This document shows, piece by piece, positions 35,984-40,665 of a DNA stretch of 40,665 bases. Position 1 is the stretch's first letter, and each line of letters opens with the position of its first letter. Position numbers and translations under genes: made by a program. The notes below the pieces were generated by a model. It saw nothing but the letters and a program-made list of their open reading frames with translations, was not told the DNA's origin and made no database searches. The DNA is from a virus (Duplodnaviria; Heunggongvirae; Uroviricota; Caudoviricetes): IMG/VR virus record IMGVR_UViG_2687453300_000007; one strand, written 5' to 3'.

Positions 35984-37167
35984 CAGGCACCTCCCAGCAC
36001 CGCAAATGCGGGACCAAAGAATTCATCAGTAAACGTCTGGTAAAGCTCCATGTCTTCCAGCGGGGGAACGGGCGTATATTTGTAGCGAATACGCACACGC
36101 CCCTGACGTAAATCCGTGGTGCCGTTATCCACCACGTCATACCAGCACTCCGCGCCAATCAGTTTCCCGGCAGTAACCAGCGAATCCAATTTTGCCCTGA
36201 TGGCACTGATAACATCCTTCACGTTCGCAGGCGTCAGTGGACTGTCGATGGTTTCAAACTGCGCTTCCGCAATTGAATCAGCCAGCACCTGTGCGGTTCG
36301 GGTATACACCTCAAAGATGTAGGCGTTCGTTTCCGGTGTGCGGTTGCCCCAGAAGCGGAACCCGTTACGACGAATAATGGTCGTGATTTCTTTGTTGTTG
36401 AGGCTGTTGGCATCACTGTCTTCGGCCTGTAACGACCAGAACACATGCCTCGACATCCCCAGCACATTTTTAACCGGAACGTTGGACAGCGATTTGTGCC
36501 AGCCCTGCTCATGGTCAATGTACGCACGAAGGCCGCACGCATAAGCAGGCGCGGGGAACGTTTCGTTTTTGCCACTTTTCGGGTTGTAGGCGATGAAGTC
36601 AGGCCATAAGAGCATCACCTCACGTTCGTTGAATTTCTGGCGGTAGGTAATCGCCTCAGCCATCGTGTTACAACCATGACATGTGGCATACACAAACGCG
36701 CGCAGTTTACCCGCAATCACGCACAGGGATTTTGTCACCGCCTCCGTGTCCAGCTCCGGCGCGGCCAGAATACGCGGACGGTATCCGATGCTTTCATCCT
36801 GCTCTGCAACAAGCAGCGCATACATCCCCGTATAGCTGCCGTCAGATTCAGAACCACCGATAACCAGTTGATCCTGCGTCCTACCGCCTTCTTCTTTGTG
36901 TTCAGCCACGCGAACGACGATCACTTTTGTGCTCACCTGGTCTGCGATAGCCTTAAGCGCACGATAAAGCGTCCCCGTAGTCCCGCATTTTCCCAGCACG
37001 TCATTGACGCGGGTCAGCAGTGTGGGCTTGTTCAGCGGGAACAGCTCCGCATCCGCATCATCCGCCGTTGCCACGATACCGATAACGCTGGAATCAACAT
37101 CATTAATCGCTGTTACCAGGTCGGTACTTTCCGTGACACGGGCACCATGAAAACGAGTTTCACTCAT
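35983..37167 (-). CDS. FI: Tail sheath protein (P2 gpFI-like)
   Basis: 394 aa. Motifs …DADAELFPLNKP…, …FRFWGNRT…, …YKYTPVPPLE… parallel P2 FI. Confidence 0.9.
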   Translation of the reverse strand: MSETRFHGARVTESTDLVTAINDVDSSVIGIVATADDADAELFPLNKPTLLTRVNDVLGKCGTTGTLYRALKAIADQVSTKVIVVRVAEHKEEGGRTQDQLVIGGSESDGSYTGMYALLVAEQDESIGYRPRILAAPELDTEAVTKSLCVIAGKLRAFVYATCHGCNTMAEAITYRQKFNEREVMLLWPDFIAYNPKSGKNETFPAPAYACGLRAYIDHEQGWHKSLSNVPVKNVLGMSRHVFWSLQAEDSDANSLNNKEITTIIRRNGFRFWGNRTPETNAYIFEVYTRTAQVLADSIAEAQFETIDSPLTPANVKDVISAIRAKLDSLVTAGKLIGAECWYDVVDNGTTDLRQGRVRIRYKYTPVPPLEDMELYQTFTDEFFGPAFAVLGGA

Positions 37168-37324
37168 AGCTTCAGCCCCTTGTATCCGTTAAATGATTCG
37201 GCAACAATCATCACCCACCACGCGCGTAATCTCACCCCTGCGCCGTTCTCCCGCCACGGCGACAACAAAAAGCAGTAACCCCCTCCGCACGCACATGCGA
37301 CCATGCCGCACAGGGAGGGAGCAG

Positions 37325-38434
37325 ATGACCGACACCACCATGCAATTGCTCAGTCAGGGCACAGACCCCGTGAAAATGCCGGATTTTGATATTCTCGCGG
37401 AGGGTAAAACGCTGTCAGGCGTGGCAGAGCGCCTGATGAGCCTGTCACTGACCGACAACCGGGGATTTGAGGCGGACCAGCTCACCATCACGCTGGATGA
37501 TGCGGATGGTCAGTTGCAGCTACCGCCACGGGGCGCGCGCCTGACGGTTCTCATTGGCTGGAAAGGAGAACCGCTGACAGAAAAAGGCACTTACATTGTT
37601 GATGAAATCGCTCACGAAGGACCGCCGGACAGGCTGACTGTTTCAGCCAGAAGCGCAGATTTTCGGGATGAATTTAACGTTAAACGTGAGGTGTCCTGGC
37701 ATGATGTGACCGTTGAGCGTGTGGTATCCGCCATCGCTCATCGGTATGGTCTGAAACCGCAAATCAGCGAAATGCTGATGGATATCGAAATCGACCACGC
37801 CGACCAGACCGAAGAAAGCGACATGTCCTTCCTTACGCGCATGGCGGAAATGCTGGGCGCAATCACCACGGTAAAAAGCGGTAATCTGTTATTCATCATG
37901 CCCGGCGGTGGCGTGAACGCACAGGGCCAGCCGTTGCCATCGTTTGCCATCACACGCAGCAGCGGCGATCGCCATCAGTTCCGCATTGCTGACCGCGAAG
38001 CGTATACGGGGGTACGCGCTTACTGGCTTGATCTTAATTACGGGAAAAAGAAAAAAGTCAGCGTGAAACGCCGTAAACCGCCAAAACCCAAAAAGGAGAA
38101 AAGCAGCAGCCGCGAAGGTGATTATATGGAAGGCGCGGAAGGCAATGTGTTTGTGTTACGCAAGACTTATCAGAACGAGCAGGCAGCAAGACGCGCAGCG
38201 GCGGCAAAGTGGCAGCAACTACAACGCGGAGCCGCATCATTCTCCATCACGCTGGCGCGTGGACGTGCAGAACTCTACCCCGAAATGCATGGCACGGTAA
38301 CAGGATTTAAAAGCGAGATTGATAATCAGGACTGGATCATTGCAAAAGCCGAGCACACCATTGATAACAGCGGTTTTACCACGCAGCTTGAGCTTGAGGC
38401 AAAAATCCCGGAATGGATAGCGGAAACAGAGTGA
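37325..38434 (+). CDS. D: Tail protein / late control protein D (P2 gpD-like)
   Basis: Start set at ATG 37325 after GGGAGGGAG SD (the track ORF starts further upstream). About 370 aa. Confidence 0.8.
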   Translation: MTDTTMQLLSQGTDPVKMPDFDILAEGKTLSGVAERLMSLSLTDNRGFEADQLTITLDDADGQLQLPPRGARLTVLIGWKGEPLTEKGTYIVDEIAHEGPPDRLTVSARSADFRDEFNVKREVSWHDVTVERVVSAIAHRYGLKPQISEMLMDIEIDHADQTEESDMSFLTRMAEMLGAITTVKSGNLLFIMPGGGVNAQGQPLPSFAITRSSGDRHQFRIADREAYTGVRAYWLDLNYGKKKKVSVKRRKPPKPKKEKSSSREGDYMEGAEGNVFVLRKTYQNEQAARRAAAAKWQQLQRGAASFSITLARGRAELYPEMHGTVTGFKSEIDNQDWIIAKAEHTIDNSGFTTQLELEAKIPEWIAETE

Positions 38435-38474
38435 GCAACTTAGAATAGGCAGCACCACGTTAAGGGAGGTCGCT

Positions 38475-38735
38475 ATGTTCCGTTGTCCGCTTTGTGGCGC
38501 ATCTGCCCGTATCCGCACCAGTCGTCCGGAAAATGATTCAAACACCGTGCGGCAAAAGTATTACCAGTGTAACAATCTGGAATGCGGCGTATGCTTCTCA
38601 ACACTGGAAGCTTTCCATAAATTCACATCAAAACACGCCTCCGGCGTTCACTCTTCAGAAGGTATCCCGTGGCATGATCTGCCAGCTTCACACAGGGGAA
38701 ACAATCAGATGAGTTTGCCTTTATCTCAGAATTAA
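38475..38735 (+). CDS. ogr: Late gene activator, Ogr/Delta zinc-finger family
   Basis: MFRCPLCGASARIRTSR…YYQCNNLECGVCF gives C-x2-C-x22-C-x4-C, as in P2 Ogr (MFHCPLC…). Confidence 0.85.
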   Translation: MFRCPLCGASARIRTSRPENDSNTVRQKYYQCNNLECGVCFSTLEAFHKFTSKHASGVHSSEGIPWHDLPASHRGNNQMSLPLSQN

Positions 38736-38823
38736 CAGGCAGAATTGCCGGAGTAACAAAAAAGCGATAGATTACGTGCGGGTGCCTTTCGGCTGATGGT
38801 CGGAGGGAATACCCGAAGGCCAG

Positions 38824-39009
38824 ATGTGGAAAGGCCCCGAGTCAACTTTAACGTTAACCCGAGGCCCTAACCATCTACCCTCAGCAAGTGATAGGTTAGC
38901 GCCTCCCCGAAAAAGGAGCAAGCGCTATGTCGCAAAAATCGCTTACGGCCATCACATTCTGCGTGACGGCAATCCTCATCATCTGGATGCTGCACGGTTC
39001 GCTGTGTGA
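38824..39009 (+). CDS. Possible mok-like overlapping reading frame
   Basis: 61-aa ORF starting upstream of and overlapping the hok-like ORF in another frame, as in hok/mok/sok loci. Composition is weakly protein-like. Confidence 0.25.
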   Translation: MWKGPESTLTLTRGPNHLPSASDRLAPPRKRSKRYVAKIAYGHHILRDGNPHHLDAARFAV

Positions 39010-39067
39010 AATACGGATGAGTTTCTGGGGAGCGGAGTTTGCGGCGTTCTTACAGTGTAAGCAGTAA
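38927..39067 (+). CDS. Hok/Gef-family type I toxin (46 aa), putative
   Basis: ATG 38927 with AAGGAG SD 8 nt upstream. MSQKSLTAITFCVTAILIIWMLHGSLCEIRMSFWGAEFAAFLQCKQ: N-terminal TM helix followed by the SLCE(I/L) … AAF(L) pattern seen in Hok/Gef toxins. Below the ORF-track size cutoff. Confidence 0.55.
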   Translation: MSQKSLTAITFCVTAILIIWMLHGSLCEIRMSFWGAEFAAFLQCKQ

Positions 39068-39165
39068 GGAAACCGCGACGGGGAAGGCAACTTCCCCGTC
39101 AATCGGTTGCCAGGGTAAAGGTCGAAAAGGCACCCTATTTCCAGTTGACGTGAACAACAAGCCCG

Positions 39166-39198
39166 CAGCGTAAAAACTGCGGGTTTTCTTTTTGGTTC
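39166..39198 (+). terminator. Intrinsic terminator downstream of the hok-like ORF
   Basis: Stem CCCGCAGCG-TAAAAA-CTGCGGG followed by TTTTCTTTTT. Confidence 0.6.
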
Positions 39199-39223
39199 CC
39201 TCACTCATGAGGACACCAAAAAA

Positions 39224-39255
39224 CAAAGCCCACAGCATAGAAGCTGTGGGCTTTT
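39224..39255. terminator. Bidirectional intrinsic terminator
   Basis: Stem AAAGCCCACAGC-ATAGAA-GCTGTGGGCTTT with T-runs on both strands (minus strand TTGTTTTTTGG). Probable serS terminator. Confidence 0.55.
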
Positions 39256-39372
39256 TGCATTCAAAGATGGACGTTATATGGACACTTAAAAATAAAATCC
39301 ATTTATTTTCAAATGATTAAACCTCTACTTAAAGCGCCCGCAGGCGCTTTTTAGATTCAGAAAAATTGGGTA

Positions 39373-40665
<1,293 letters not shown>

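Noticed and set aside
31583-37324. Tail block FI-FII-E-T-U on the opposite strand to V-G and D, considered as a second invertase-driven inversion
   Set aside because: No hix/gix-like sites at the block boundaries, which instead carry a bidirectional terminator and a divergent promoter region. I am not certain enough of the canonical orientation in all P2-like lineages to call this anomalous.

Overview
The window is almost entirely a P2-like (peduovirus-type) prophage in an enterobacterial, E. coli-like host. It runs from the integrase stop codon at position 1 to ogr (ending 38735), followed by a hok/mok-like type I toxin locus and a complete host serS gene on the minus strand (39373..40665). 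attL lies left of the window and attR could not be pinpointed. All calls rest on reading the six-frame translations and the raw sequence from memory of these families; no database search was run. The ORF track prints GTG/TTG starts as M, so several starts were re-placed by RBS context.

Layout, left to right:
- Lysogeny/early region: int and C-like repressor (minus), then a Cox-like gene and small early ORFs (plus) up to the rolling-circle replication gene A.
- Cargo hotspot between A and portal Q, where P2 carries tin/old: a ParM/ParR-like actin-type segregation pair, then an AT-rich minus-strand two-gene membrane-protein operon, a repeat-rich non-coding stretch, and an orphan 174-aa gene.
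- Late genes: Q, P, O, N, M, L, X, holin, M15-type endolysin, spanins, then a NanS-like SGNH O-acetylesterase inserted between the lysis genes and R, S, V, W, J, I, H, G.
- A Gin/Hin/Pin-type invertible tail-fibre segment bounded by hix/gix-like sites, with an IS1 copy (perfect 9-bp target duplication) inside the alternative fibre tip.
- Tail module U, T, E/E', FII, FI on the minus strand, then D and ogr.

The best candidate for an undescribed system is the two-gene membrane operon at 10345..11724, which is preceded by an 11-codon leader ORF and a strong intrinsic terminator. The prophage may be defective: the tape-measure gene appears frameshifted and one tail-fibre tip is IS1-disrupted.
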